Shown here piece by piece: positions 27,957-42,067 of a stretch of DNA of 64,000 nt (its first letter is position 1; every line of letters begins with the position of its first letter). The translations under genes were made by a program, and so were the position numbers. The notes beneath the pieces were generated by a model. The model was not told the DNA's origin and searched no databases. It saw only the letters and a program-made list of their open reading frames with translations. The stretch lies in the NCBI RefSeq assembly GCF_041146345.1, contig NW_027191411.1, positions 1,798,001 to 1,862,000 on the forward strand, read 5' to 3'. This DNA comes from Neodothiora populina. Its lineage: Eukaryota.

Positions 27957-28537
27957 TTTCGATATCATTTCTACAAATTTGTGGTAATATATCGTTCTAC
28001 ACAAAGCCGAGAAAGAGAATGAGAATAGGGCAACCCTGGCCTTCATGCCACGTTCCACATGGTCTTTGTGCTTTGGGTAGCGTACTTCGAGGGGTGGTAC
28101 TCTCGAGTCTTTCTGCTATGCTTGATATTAGAAATAAAAGTTGACATGGACTCAGTGAGTGTTTCTCAATTTGTCAGAGTGTTGTAGAGATACGTTTGCT
28201 ACTGGGTCCATGCAGTTCCGTCATAAATACATGGCTGTCGCACACCGTTAGCAGGAGTGCTCTCTAAAGGTGACATAGACGTCTAGGGAGCTGAGACAAT
28301 GGCACGTCACGTATGCGATATCCTTATCGGAAACGAAACAAAGTGAATACATATGTTTTGTTAAAAGCGAGTTACATACTCACTGTCATGATACAAAATC
28401 ATGTTGGGGCATGAAATGGAGTAAGGGAGAACGAAAAGCATGGAAGACTACTTGTGGATGCCTGGGTGAGATTTCGTTCGTCGTCCATCTTGTACATTAT
28501 GAGAGTTATTGAAAATATATGTATAGGGAGATAGCGC

Positions 28538-28560
28538 CTCTCTCTCTCTCTCTCTCTCTC
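28538..28560. repeat. (CT)n microsatellite
   Basis: About 11 perfect CT units. Confidence 0.9.
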
Positions 28561-28780
28561 ACGATCGATTGACCCAGCGTGAGAAGTCACTTTCCCCGCA
28601 GGCAACAAGAAGTAGAAAACATTACAACAGACCACCAGATTTACTAGCTGGGTCTGTTTCAATCTCGTAGAAAGACATACGCGGACTTATAGACGTATAG
28701 ACAGACAGATAAAACAGACAAACAGCAAAAGGGGAAAAGGGACAAAGCAAAAAGAAGGCTGAGCCCCTCTTTCTATTCAC

Positions 28781-30316
28781 TTAGCCCCAGGGGTGCCAGC
28801 CACCGCCAAAGTGACCACCCTGTCTCTTACAAGCAGTGACGGAAGCGGTAGGAGTCACAGTCGACCACTTGGTTAATGACGCGGTAATGGTGCCAACAGT
28901 CCAGGTGTAGGATGTTGTCACTTGGAGCTTGGTGAAACTGTCTTGTAGTCAGTATATCTGCGACAAAGAGGAGAAAAGAATAGAATAGAAAGACGTACGT
29001 CTTCTGAGGAGCGGTAGTAGTGGAGACTGCGTAGCCCGAGAAAACAGTCGATGGAGGCAAAGTGCTAGTGACGACCGTGCTTGAAGTCTCGAGGTCGAGG
29101 ACCGTCGATGTGGTGCCGGTAATGGTGGACTGTTTGACGATCATCAGCAAAAGAAAAATTCGAATGTCCCGGTAAAACTTACAGTGGTCGTGGAAGTGGC
29201 GGTGGTCTCGGTGACGGTGACAGTTGGAACATCAGCACTGCGCTTGGCGAGATTTCTCTTGTCGACCTCGCGCTTCTCGAGCTCATCGGGCGATCTGGCT
29301 TCTCTGCGCTCCTTGCGAAGAGCATCTCTGATCGCGAACATGGCCTCGCGCTTAGTGGGAGGGCTTGAGAGACCGGTAGGTAGAGAATTGAGAATGCGAG
29401 GCTTTCTGTGCCAGGTTGGATCCGGGAAGTTGGGTCTTGGGGGAACTGTGCAAGTCGCTGTGGTTGTGCTAGTCACGATGATAGCGGTGCGAACCCAGCT
29501 GAAATCCAATTGTCAGTAACAGGTAACACCACTTTACAGGAATAGAAAACTCACGTCTTGAATGTTCTCGTCAAGGTGGTTGTGCTTGTCACGACAGTAG
29601 GCTTTGGAGTAACTTTGGACCTGTTAGTACTCGATCGATAAATGAGGTTGTTGGGTTCATACCAGTCTTGACCTTGGTGGCGGTGGGAACAGTCACAGTC
29701 AGAGTGTTGTTCTGGACGACCGTGCTGGTCAGAATACTCCATGACGTGGACGTCACGGTCGGGGTAGTAGTGTAGTTGTATTGGAGTGTAGGAGTGGCCT
29801 TCGGGACATCAGCCAATCATTCTGGAAAATAAGTTGTTACAAAACTTACGGTGACCGTTTGCTGCACTCCAGCTGTAATCTCAAAGTCTCTCTGGTAGGC
29901 AATCGGGTCGCCATCGCCGTTGTTGGAGATGATGGTCATTTCATATTCTCCCGAAGTCATGTCGGACTTTTCTAGAGGGCAAGTAGACATCTCGGATGTG
30001 TAGTCCGGCTGTAACGGGACATCCGAACAGTAGACCTCCAAGTCATTTGGTCCAGACAAGATGATGTTTGCCACATCATTGTTGCAACCTGCAGATGAGA
30101 ATAAGTCTAGGCTTACTAGCGAGACAGCAAGGGCGACATACCGGAGAATTGTGACACGCACGTAAAGTCGTCCGTCGAATTCGTGTTGATAAAGTATGAG
30201 CCTCCGTCAACAAAGTCTATGCCGTAAGACACACATGTCTGAGCAAGACCATGTCGTACAGATGCAAATAACAGTCCTGCCAAGGGCAGGACAGATGAAG
30301 AAGAGCGAATGAACAT
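28781..30316 (-). CDS. Secreted Cys/Thr-rich protein of unknown function with dibasic (Kex2-like) sites
   Basis: Signal peptide MFIRSSSSVLPLAGLLFASVRHGLA, then QTCVSYGIDFVDGGSYFIN, Thr-rich blocks and a KR-rich segment. The last exon reads ...TACKRQGGHFGGGWHPWG*. About six introns. Confidence 0.8.
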
Positions 30317-33300
30317 GGTGAATCCCACAACGTACCCACGTGGTACAAGGAGTATGTCAGACGGGTGATGTGCAGATCTGAGCGAGGGACTGGATGAAAA
30401 TGAAAGTGAGATGCTCAAGCAGGTAGCACGACAGATGTATATACGTTATTCGTGACCGGTAGCTGCAGCAGCACCAGCATGAGCAACATACACTCAAAGA
30501 GTCAGGCACGGAGTCCGGCTGAAAGAGATATATGGTACATGTCTACTTGTTCTGTTCAGTCAGCCTCTAGAGGCCTTCGATCCATGTTTTCTCTTTCCCG
30601 ATTAGATCATATAGCGTAGGCTACTGCCACTACTGGACCACAATTAGCAAGATATTGATAGATATGGTGGCTTCATCGGGCACCGCAAGGATGCTGTAGG
30701 AATACTGGATACAGCGCACTGGCTTACTCTTACGCCACTAGTATAGTACGAGGTCAAGAGGTACAAGGGCTCCTGCCGGAGCCGAGAAGGTTAAGGTGGA
30801 TCTTGTGAGAGGGAGAAGGATCCATAGTGCACGAGCAGATGATCAACCATGAGGCACTGCGGCGCCGGGTTGAGTAGATAGAGGTGGGGTCCGAGATCAA
30901 TGGCAGCACATCATCTCTGTATGGATCATTTCACATGCAAAGACTCGACCAAGCAGAGCTTTGCCAGGCGTTGGCATGATGCAGTGATGATTGTGCTGTT
31001 AGCAAATCTTGTTGCCACAAGTATCATTTTCTGACCTCGAGGCTGCAAGGCGGCAAGCCTTTTCGGAGATTTTCTGATCATGACGATGTACTTTTGTTTC
31101 CGGATATAGAACTATTGGTCAGGCCGAGTTGGAAGTCACCGACCAATAGCGGAGTTTACGTCAAGTAAGATGCATAGCTTGCAGCAAAACATCGTGAAGG
31201 GCAGGGATTGATCCTTGTATGCTTCCATGACGCCGTCCCGTTCGATCAGGACAATTCATACTTTGATGGTATAGCGGCAAGGCCACCTCTTGCTCCACAA
31301 TTCAAGACTTTTGTGTTGATGAATGACAGCAGCATGAAGTGGGTGAAGACGTCGCGTGCTTAACCTTGATTCTGGATCCCCAAGAAGTCCGAAAGCTTTG
31401 GCTAGCGAAGCATTGTGAAGAAGCACGTTTACCAAGAACGGACGCAGATCTGCAAACTCATGCATGTCTCGACACTGAGGGTCTTATTCTGACTGTCTAC
31501 ACCATGGTGATACGAACATTGAGGGCTTCCTGAGCCACGATTGACGACAAAGCGAGCATGTCGATATAAGAAAACACGAGGCAAGCTCGTCCCCAGAGGT
31601 CGTCCAAGTAAGGTAAGCAGTGATGTAGCTGCTGACACAAGGCTTTGTTGGTCAAAATGCGGGGCAAGATTTGGCCGGTCGCGATGGTAAGAGACCCATA
31701 CTAGGTAATTTTTCTCACTTCATCACTCTATCGAGTACATATGCAAAGTACATGCGAGTCCGCAGCCTTACATACGGCTCAGGGAAGGATGAATTTCTGA
31801 ACAAGGTAGCGATCAACCAGGCACCGCACGGCTCGAGCGGTGAAAAGGCAAGAGACACAACGTCGAGGCACGATGGCCTATTCGCGATACGGGACATTAA
31901 TGAGAGAGGGGCCGGGGTCTTTTAGGCGGTAGATGCGACCATGACTCTCAACTCTTCTGGTGTTGGTCCGACGATCTATGACACAGAATCTCCTCGCCTT
32001 GTTTCTCGCTGGTGAACAATACTGGGTTGTTAGTGGCGCTCGCCACCAGGTTTTATGACTGCAGCAAATACTCCACGTAGAAGGCAGCCGCTCACAACGC
32101 CACGGCACATGATCAAGTGGTGGCCTTGTTCAGACTTTGTGGAAGATAAAAAGTGAGAGAGAAAGTTTATGTTCCTCAACCTACACATGGGGCTGTATAA
32201 ACTCAAGCCAAGGATGTTCACGACATAGGCTGTTCCTCTGTGCTTACTGTGGTGCCCTGGCATGACGCTCCTTCTATATATAGGGTCGTATCTTAGCGAT
32301 GTATTCAGGTTGTATTGTTGAACGGGAGCATGAGGGGTAGGTGACCTTCTGAAGTGATCTACACACTTTGGCCTTGCGCATCTAAAGGAAACTTGTACTT
32401 CAACGATGCCAGTGTCATGTATTGTGCTAGATATGCTATACCATGCCAGCTGAGCGAAGCCAAGATCTACAAGTGATGGGGTCAAGGAAGTTATTCATAG
32501 CAAGCCTCGCAGGAAAGCTTGTGCAGAGCTACGGAGATAATGATACTTGTACAGGCCCTGAAATGCCAAGTAAGCGGCTCCCAATGAACTCGGTGAGAAA
32601 AGCATGTGCAAGGTGACGAACGGAAGCTCGCTGGGATGCTCGGATATACGGGGCTCTAGCCGTAGTCGTCATATGAAAGTGTTGGGCAAGATCAAAAGGG
32701 AGCTCTCCGGAGGCATGTCGTACGGACTCATGTACAAGAAGGAAAGCTGGGTATGAAACTGTTGTTAAATTGGCTATTATGGGGCATACGTCACACATTG
32801 TGCGTCAGGAATGACGACGTGACGTCTCTGATCCAGTGACAAGCAAACAAGAGTCGGAAAATAGTCATTAATGAAAACAGATGAATCTGCGGATGTGTGA
32901 TTGGTGCGCATCCAATGGTTGACAACTGCCCCTGCCGAACGGCGAGATTGCACAGCAATGGTGGTAGCAGTTGTCCATGGCTCGACCGCACCATCGGGTG
33001 ACCCGGCAGTTGGATTTCTTGCAGGAGATCATATATACCAGGGAGCTCATGTGAGGATGCCGGGAGATGAACGAGTAAAATGCATATGGGCGCTTGCTCG
33101 GGTTGCTGCTTCTTTCTCATGCAAGTAAGCATGGGTATAACCCTGAGAATGCATGTGGCGTACATACGGCGTAGAAGCGGCATAAAGATGCATCCTGTGT
33201 GAGTGGCGCACTGACGGAAATTTGTTCATGCTATCCGGGTCCCAGTAGGTCTTCTGGATGAGGCAGATGAGACGCATGAACACATCGGACGCAGGGGCCC

Positions 33301-33450
33301 CTGACTTGGAGATTCAAGGAGGGAGCCCGCCCCTAGTAGCTGGAAACAACTTCTGCAGTTCCTGCAGACGCTCCCTAATAGTCGCACGACGAGCATGAGA
33401 GAGAGGCGGATCTTGGCTTGGGCGTGTGATACCCACTCGCAGAGCGGGCC

Positions 33451-34205
33451 TCATCCAAGCGTCTTGATCTTCTTCTTTTTCTTGCCACCATCGGAAGCTT
33501 TGCCGGGAGCTCCCTTCTGAAAGTCTCTCCAGCTCCCGATTCTCTGGTCTCGGGTCTTCTCCCAGCTCTGTTCGTACTCTCTTTTGCGTTTGCGTTCGGC
33601 AATCTCCTCTTCCTCTTTCTTCTGCTGGCGACCCTCTTCCTGCATCTGAGCCTTGATCTGCTTGCGACGGCGCAACTCGTCGTCGACCAAGACCTTCTTG
33701 GTCCACTCGCGCCAGGCAGCCTTGAAGTCGTCGTCTGGGTCCTTGACTTCAGGCGAGTCCTTGTCTAGTTTACGCTCGCGCATGAGAAGCATGCGAGCGT
33801 CGGAGATGGACTCGTCGAGGCGGGCGCGTTCCTTTTCGTCGAGCAGGCTGAGCTGGGCCTTTTTGAGACGATCGAAAGCATCGGGGGCGGCGGGGTTTGT
33901 GGTTTTGTCAGGATGGATGAGGAGGGACTTGGTGCGATAGCATTTCTTGATGTCGGAGTCGGGCACACCGGGCTGGAGGTCTAGGACGGCGTATGCGTCG
34001 AGGCGGAAGGCGTGCATGATTCTGTTGATCTCGGCGTCCTGAGAGCGTGTGTCAGTATGGGAACCTCCAGGCTAGAAGGTGAAAGGGCAACCTTGTCGAA
34101 CTCCTTGGACTCTTTGGACAGCAGCGAATCGAGCTCCTTCTCCGTCATGCCATCGTCGATGTCTTTGGCGATGTCCTTGTCGGACTTGTCTGCTCTGTCT
34201 GCCAT
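33451..34205 (-). CDS. J-domain protein, DNAJC8/Spf31-like
   Basis: FRLDAYAVLDL, SLLIHPDK and WEKTRDQRIGSWRDF. One intron near 34040-34091. Confidence 0.9.
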
Positions 34206-34542
34206 TCTTGGGTGCATGTGACAGCGACGAGGGGTGTGCGTGTAAGAGGGCGCAGAATAGACGGAGACAGTAGTACAGCAGGAAGTGAGCAGGACCTCGA
34301 GATGCTGTTGTACAAATGGAAGGTACAGCAATTGCTTGGTTTCCTATCGATTGGCGGAGCCCGCAGCTGTATACTTGGCGCCAAGTGTTTCCGCCGCATG
34401 TGACAGTGGAAAGCGGAGCGTCACCGCCGACGGGGAAAAAAGTTACCTCCGATCAGAAAATCAATCAATAATAAATCATCATCAACATCATCCACTTTTT
34501 TTGTTGTACCATTTCGCTTTGCACTGTTGGTAGCAGGCAATC

Positions 34543-36916
34543 ATGGCGCCTCACATCACAGGCCGGACCAAGCCTACAAAGACCAAGAAATTAGATCGAG
34601 CGCAGAAGAGGAAGCGTGACGATGTCGACGCCGAAAAGCTAGAGCAGGCTGTTCAAGACCTGGTATGTTCTTGGTATCAGCATCCTGTGCTTGTCATTCT
34701 ATCAGTATTTAACATCATCCATTCTGCAGGATGTCAAAGGCAGCTATGACTCATTCACCGACCTCCCGCTCTCGTCGCCCACCAAAGAAGGACTGAAGGC
34801 GGCCCACTTCACCACCCTGACGCCGATCCAGGCCCAGGCCATCCCGCTCGCCCTCAAAGGATCAGACATTCTGGGAGCTGCAAAGACCGGATCCGGCAAG
34901 ACCCTGGCGTTTCTTGTTCCTGTGCTGGAGAATCTCTACCGCGCACAATGCATCGGAGCAGACGCAGGCCTGGGCGCCATGATCATCTCTCCCACCCGAG
35001 AGTTGGCCATCCAGATCTTTGATGTTCTCGTCAAGATCGGCAGGAAGGGGCATTTGTTTGCTGCGGGCCTGATCATCGGAGGAAAGTCGCTGCAGGAGGA
35101 ACAGCACGCTCTGGCGCGCATGAACATTGTTGTCTGCACCCCGGGCCGCATTCTCCAGCATCTCTCGCAGACGGCCATGTTCAACGTCGACAACCTCAAA
35201 ATGCTGGTGCTGGACGAGGCTGACCGAATTCTCGACATGGGTTTCCAGAAGGATGTCGACGCCATTGTCGAGTATCTGCCTGCCGACAGACAGACGCTTT
35301 TGTTCTCTGCCACGCAGACAAAACGAGTCTCGGATCTCGCCAGACTTTCCCTCAAAGACCCCGAGTACGTCTCCACCAACACCGCAGACACATCGGCCAC
35401 CCCCAAGACCCTTCAGCAAAGCTACATCGTCACCCCGCTCTCGCAGAAACTCGACACTCTGTGGTCATTTCTGCAATCCACGAAAAAGGCCAAGATCCTG
35501 GTCTTTTTGTCCTCGGGCAAGCAAGTCCGCTTCGTGTACGAGTCGTTCCGACACATGCAGCCCGGTATTCCGCTACTGCACCTGCACGGTCGACAGAAAC
35601 AGACGGCGAGGCTGGACATAACCAAACGCTTTTCTCAGGCCAAAAACTCCTGTCTCTTCGCCACCGACGTCGTGGCGCGAGGTCTGGACTTCCCCGCCGT
35701 CGACTGGGTCGTGCAGGTCGACTGTCCCGAAGACGCAGACACGTACATTCACCGAGTCGGACGCACGGCACGCTACGAACGCGCAGGAAAGGCGGTCGTG
35801 TTCCTCGACCCCAGCGAAGAGCTAGGCATGTTGTCCGCCCTAGAGGCGAAAAAGGTGCCGATCGAACGAATAAGCGTGCGCGCAAACAAACAGACCAGCA
35901 TCCAGAACCAACTGCAGCATTTGTGCTTCAAAGACCCCACTCTCAGATACTTGGCGCAAAAGGCGTTCGTCAGTTACGTCAAGAGCATCCACATCCAGAA
36001 AAACAAGGAAATCTTCAAGCTCGCCGAGTTGCCGTTGGAAGAGTTCGCCACGGCCATGGGCCTGATCGGCGCGCCCAAGATCAAGTTCATCGCAGGCGAC
36101 GACGCAAAAGCGCGGAAAAACGCCCCGCGACAAAAGATCGAGGACTCCGAGGACGACGACGACGACGAGGAAAACGAAACCGACAAGAAAGAGAAAGAAA
36201 AGGACAAGGTGCGCACCAAATACGACAGGATGTTCGAGCGCAAGAACCAGGACGTGCTGGCAGACCACTACGCCAAGATGATTGCAGACGAGAACAACGG
36301 CGACGGCATCAACGCTCTAGACGGCACCACGGCCTCGGACGACGACATGTTCGCCGTCAAGAAACACGTGCCCAACTCGCGCACGAACCACGCCTCCGAC
36401 GACGCCTCCGAAGCCTCAGACTCAGACTCCAACCTCCTCGGCCCAGCAGGCGAAGCGGCCCCGCCCGGCGCCAAATACATCCTCCTACCCAACAGCAGCA
36501 CGCCGATCCTCGTCGACTCGAACCGGCGCGCGCGCCTGCTGCAGAAGAAAAAGAACCTGATCAAGCACATGGACAAAGGCGTGCACACGCGCTTCGACGA
36601 CGACGGGCAAGTCCTGCCGGCGGACAACCACTTGATCCGCGAGGAAGACTTCAAGAAACTCGGTTCCGCGGAGGAACAGCGTAAGAAGTTCTTGGAGGAG
36701 GAAAGAGAGAGAGTGCGGGTGCTGGACGAGGAGGACAAGGAGGTCGCGAGGGAGAAGAAGCGCGCCAAGAGGGAGAAGAGGAAGGAGAAGGATCGGCTTG
36801 CTGAGCTTGCGTCTGATGACGAAGAAGCTGAAGAAGCAGGACAGGGAGAAGAGGAAGACGCGCTCGCGAACTTCATCGCTGACGCCGCTTCTTCTTCTGA
36901 CGACAACGAAGACGAA

Positions 36917-36954
<38 letters not shown>

Positions 36955-37153
36955 CGTCCCAGCTCTGGTGTCTAGAAGACGACCTTCGTCAGCAGACTCG
37001 GACTCGGAAGCAAAAGACAAGGACCCGAAACGCCAGAAGAAATGGTTCGAAGAGGAAGGCAAGGCGCGCAAGAAGACGCGGTTGGCGCAGCGAGACGCCG
37101 AGCCCGAGACGCTCGAGGATCTCGAGGCGTTGGCGCAGGGCTTGCTTGGGTGA
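34543..37153 (+). CDS. DBP4: DEAD-box RNA helicase Dbp4 (18S rRNA biogenesis)
   Basis: AAKTGSGKT, PTRELA, DEAD, SAT, HGRQKQ, HRVGRTAR, RTKYDRMFERKNQ and terminal ETLEDLEALAQGLL. Intron near 34663-34729. Confidence 0.96.
36917..36952 (+). repeat. (GAC)12 coding microsatellite (poly-Asp in Dbp4)
   Basis: Perfect GAC run, in frame. Confidence 0.9.
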
Positions 37154-37334
37154 TCAGTCTGTTGGATATCATCATCTTCTTCTTCGCGCATTTATCTACA
37201 TGTGTGTGTTCTGTCGTGTGCAATGTGCATGGCAGATCAGAGATGAATTACCTGGCACTTGGGCCTATTTCTCTACCTACTTACTACCCAATATTCCACC
37301 TCTTACATCAACTCTTACCTTTGATCTTTCATCT

Positions 37335-40300
37335 TCAATCACCACTACCAATTCCGTTTCCGATTTCGTTGCTGGTGCCGTTACCCGCATACTCTCCGGT
37401 ACCTGCACCAGCACCTCCAGTAGTAGCCCCACTACTCTCATCAGCCCTGGCCAGCTCACCACTGCCACCATTAACAAGCCCAGCATTATTCCCACTAGAA
37501 ACAGAAGACGTGACAATCTTCTTCCTGCCATTCGCTTTATAGCTCAACACGACGTCGCCCCCGGCTTTCCACAGGTGAGACCGGATCGTGGCCAGCGTCA
37601 TTTTCGGCGGAATCGCTTGGTGGTTGCAGTAGAGCTCTAGGTAGTCTTCGGGTCGGAGGATCGAGGCTTGGTCGTTGTTGGCTGGGTTGGTGATGATGGG
37701 TGGTGGGAGAATTGCTGTTGTGCGTAGACTTGATGGTTGTGCGAAGGTTCGTGTGGGTACTGGTGTTGATGCTGCTTCTTCTTCTTCTTCTTCTTCTTCT
37801 TCTTGGTGCTGTGATGATGATAGAAGAGGAGAATGGTAGTGGTGGTGGTGGTCATCGTCCACATCGTCGTCGGGATGCGCGAATGGATTGTCTTCGTCGT
37901 CATCCTCATCGTCACGATCATCATCGTAATTCGACGACGACGACGATCTCGTCTCCTGAGTGGAGAACGACGAGGACAGAGCTGGCTGACTATCAGAGGT
38001 CGACAAAGATGCGAATCTGGCGTATGGATTGTTCGAGGAGAAAGTGGGCGATGTTGCCGTTGATGGTCGGGATGCTGCTGCTGACGGTACGGCAATAGGC
38101 GCTGATATTGCCGTGGTTGGAGAAGTCACTTGAGCGGGTGCGTTGACATTGCTGGGTACTGCCGTTGCCGTCGCTGCAGCTGCCGCCGGGGCATTATTGC
38201 TACTGGGTGCTTCATACCCAGGCTCGATGCGCTCAGCAACATAAGTAAGGATTTTGCGAGCACGGAGCATGCGATTGGCATTGAGTCGGTTGTTTCTGTC
38301 ATCACTTCATATTAGCCATCTAGCACTTTGAGATCCAATTGGCAGGAAAAGGGAAAAGAGTAGAGGAAAGAGAAAAGAATAACACTCACCCTTCCGTGGC
38401 GACAGGAGGCAACTCCCCGCCCAAAGGCTCAAGCACAAAACTTATCTTGACCACGTCCTTGTACGGTATTTGATTCTTCAACAGAACGTCACCCAACCAC
38501 ATGGGAGCGTACTTTTCCAACAGCTCCACCTGGGCTGCTTCGCCGGTTACGCCAACTTTACCTTCCCACAGGTCAGCGACGCCGCCCGCCTCAGGACTGT
38601 CTTCTTGGATCAGAATTGTAGTATTAGGAGGAGGTCTTAAAACAGGCGTCTCAGAAGGCGAAGAAGGCGTGACCTGAGAAGGAAGTTCCAGATCTTTCGC
38701 GGCGCCGAGTGCCCCACCTGCCGACTCCATTGCGTTCTGTCGCTGTGCTTGTGCGGTGAGATCATCCTCATATCCAAAGCGGATCTTCTGAATGCATCCC
38801 AGGAAATTCTCTTCCACGACACGGGAGTTGTCCGTTTTGACGCTCCTTGTGTCCGACTCGGCTTCCGACTCTTTGCAAGCATCCTCGATGACGGCGGGTT
38901 TTGCAGCTTCATTAGTGGTGGTCCGGCCAAGCTTCTTCATACCGAATGACATGTTCATCTTGAATTTGCGGCCGAACTTGGAGGGTGTTTCTCCGGGCAA
39001 TGCAGTCGCTGCATCAGAACCCTCGGCGGGCACCTCGCCTGGCGTGACGGGCGCTTTGATAGTCTCCGTTGGCGAAGTCAACCCTGCTGTCGCTGTTGTA
39101 GCGGTGGAAAAGTAGTCTTTGGAATCGCCAGATTTGCGGGATTGCTGGGATGTCGTCTTCGACAGAGGTGCGCCATCTTCCGAGTCACTGTCCCGCTTCT
39201 TGATTGGCGAGGACCCAAAGAATCCGCCAGGTGTCGCTGCGCCAATGGACAAACCCGGTGTATACGAACTACCATGACTACTGCCAGCCTTTAGTGTGGT
39301 CGCAGTCAACGGCGCAGTTGTGTCGTGGAAACCATTGGTCTGGGTCATTGGTAGCTGAATACTGGGCGGAGCGTTTTCTCTTTCGAATTTCTGCATCGTT
39401 GCTTTGTCTAGTAAATGTCGTCGTATCTGCTGGTCTCGTAGGACCTCTACATCGACCAGACCTGCGAAAAGATAGCGGAGTACCCATTTACCAAGATTGA
39501 CTGCAGACACATATTTCAGTAAACATGTTTCCTTCAGAGCTACACAATCAGACTTACTTCGCTGGTCTTCCTTAAAGTCCGCTTGCTCACTAGGATCTAA
39601 TTCGTCCGCATACATCTCCGCATCGAAAGCATTATTTTCTTCCAGGGTGATAGTCAGAGAGCCCGTCCGCGTGTCGATGGAGCACCAATTAGGCACCGTT
39701 TCGAATGTGTTGACTTCTGGCGCGACATCTTCAATATGTCGCTTGCCATATGATTTGACAGGAGCGCACTAGTGACATCAGCGAACACCTCGTGTCAGCT
39801 CGAAGTGAGAACAACATACCTTGATTATGTCCCACATCATGACCTCACCAGCTGTGTCGAGGGTCAAGACTCTCCTCCTATCGCTCAACATGTGGTGCTG
39901 GATAAGACCGTTCTGGCCCTCGACGTGTGATTCTGGTGCGCTTCTGACTGGCACCATGACCTCGGACTCTGGTTCTTCCTCTGCTTCCGTCGCGTTGTCT
40001 CTCGTCGGAGGACGTTGGGCACGAGCGACATAGACAGTGTTGCTGAGTCTCAAAATATGCTTGGACGCAATCTTATTCCCACCACTGGGTCTTTCCCTCA
40101 TAGGACTTTGCGGAGGAGACGAATGGTACAGCGGACTCGGCAGACGTGGCTTGGCGGTCGGAGTGCTCATCCTGTGGGACTGAAGCACGCCTTCAGGCGA
40201 CTCGACCTCTGCACCATCCGTGTTTACGTCTCTCCATCTGTTGATGCTGGGTCTGCTTGTGCCCGTCCACAGGAAATCGCCGGATGCAATGATCTTGTGC

Positions 40301-41300
40301 ACACCTTGATGCTCCTGAGCGACGGCGACACTGAGACCATCTTCCAGCTCTGCACAGCCTCTCGTGTCGGTTTTGGCGATCAGGCCGCTCTTGTCCGAGG
40401 ACCAGAAGACGGAAAGCTGCGGGTGATCAGACCACAAAGACCAGACGCTCGCATCGTGCATGGTGAAAGTATTCATACAGCGGCCGGCAATGACAGACCA
40501 AAGCTTGACCGTCTCGTCGCTGCTGGCAGTCATGACAGTGCTGCCGTCGTGGCTGATGAGGATATCGCGCACATTGTCCGTGTGGCCGACGAACTTGGTG
40601 ACACGCTTGCCGGTGCGGGGATCCCAGATGCGCACCGTACTCTCGGGGCCTCCGCTGGCGATGATGGAGTTTGTGGCAGCCAGAGCATAGATGCTTCCCT
40701 TGTCTCTTCCCAGTCCGCTGGCTCCCTCCTCGAGTCCGACGTCGATGCTGAGTCTCTGTCCCGCACCGCTGATGTCCCAGAATTTGATCTTGCGGTCGAG
40801 TCCACCACTCGCAACCCAGTCGGCGTTCTGATCAGGCGAGGCCAACACTTTGACGTAATCGTTATGTAGACCTATCGTCTGTGGTGGTAATGCGTCGGTG
40901 CCTGCGGGACGCCATAACTTGACACTGATGTCTGAGGAAGCCGAGACGAGCGCTTGGTTCTGCTGAGTCAGGAGGATGTCGTTGATCCAATGTGTGTGGG
41001 CCTGGACCTGACGACGGAAGGTGGTGGTTGGCAGGGGAGGAGCTTTCTCGTCTGGTCGTGTAGCCGTGGGGGGTTTTTGAGATCGAAGTTGAGGTCCCAG
41101 GCGCAAATGGCACCGTCTCGACCACCCGAGTATCTGTTTCATATTAAGCACATGTATGGAGCCATGACAGAAGGCATGGAAGCATACAGTGAAGATGATT
41201 GCTCGTCTATGGCCAACCCATTGACTCCCAGGCGATGTCCGCCGGCCGAGTTGTCTAGAGGAAGGACATAGCTGATCCTGCGGCGCGCCTTACGAGCCAT
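37335..41300 (-). CDS. WD40 deubiquitinase cofactor WDR48/UAF1 (Duf1/Bun107-like)
   Basis: [73 protein letters not shown] and [12 protein letters not shown]. Several introns. Confidence 0.92.
37775..37804 (-). repeat. (GAA)n coding microsatellite (poly-Glu in WDR48)
   Basis: About 10 CTT units on the + strand. Confidence 0.85.
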
Positions 41301-41888
41301 TCCCTATGCGAGCAAGCAAACAAACAAACCACAGAATTCACCTCGATGCGTGCATCAGGCAAGGAAGGTCGCTCGAGCAAGTCTATCAATTGGAGGATTG
41401 GGGTAGTGCGCAATGACGACCAGGATCAGCCAAAGCCGGGGGCGCGCAGGTGAGCGTGGATGGTCGGCAAGCTAAGGTATACTCCTGCTCAGGCAAAAGC
41501 AGCAGTACTATACAGAGTAGAAGGAAGATGCAAACAGATTGCAGTATGATACAGCGAGTCACGAGACGATACAGACAAGGTGGATGGAAAGAGAGAGAAG
41601 AGAGAGAGAGAAAAAGAAGGCGTAAGGGTGCATGTACGGAGACTACAGTCCACACTACGACCTCCGCGAGCTTACTTGTAGACGGCTAGAAATGGCACAT
41701 ACCGAACATTATCTCACCTTGACAGAGCTGATTATATACACTCGAGAGTCCCATCCGCGATAGATACAGTATACTCTGCAGTATCACAACCATCATCCGA
41801 CCTCTCTTATCGATCAATGGCGACCAAGACAAGGCAAGGGAGGTACGGTAATCACCCCTCAAAAGCAGACGGCTTGAACGGATATCCT

Positions 41889-42067
41889 AAGCCCCCGCGA
41901 CCCGATTGCCAAAACGTGGGAGAGGGCACAGACTCACTCCATACTTGTACCTTACTTGTACTGTACAGGTGCCTTGCGCAAAAAAGCACGGACTTTCTTG
42001 GACGTCTCCGTGTCGCGTGGGTGCAGGTGCAGGCGGCAGTCTGGACCCATTCCAGGCTAGAAATGGC
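41889..42067 (+). repeat. Structured non-coding element, copy A (candidate ncRNA)
   Basis: Shares the ordered blocks TTGCCAAAACGTGG, GAGGGCACAGACTC, AAAGCACGGACTT, TCTCCRTGTCGCGTGGRTGCAGGTGCAGG, GTCTGGACCYATTCCAG and AATGGC with 42828-43125. Confidence 0.75.

Noticed and set aside
30420..33300. About 3 kb gene-free region with scattered short ORFs
   Set aside because: No protein motifs, transposon domains, terminal repeats or RNA gene signatures were recognised.
35461..37191. Long alternative-frame and antisense ORFs over DBP4 (also over THR4, WDR48 and aldA)
   Set aside because: They are shadows of GC3-rich codon usage and low-complexity tracts, with no recognisable domains.
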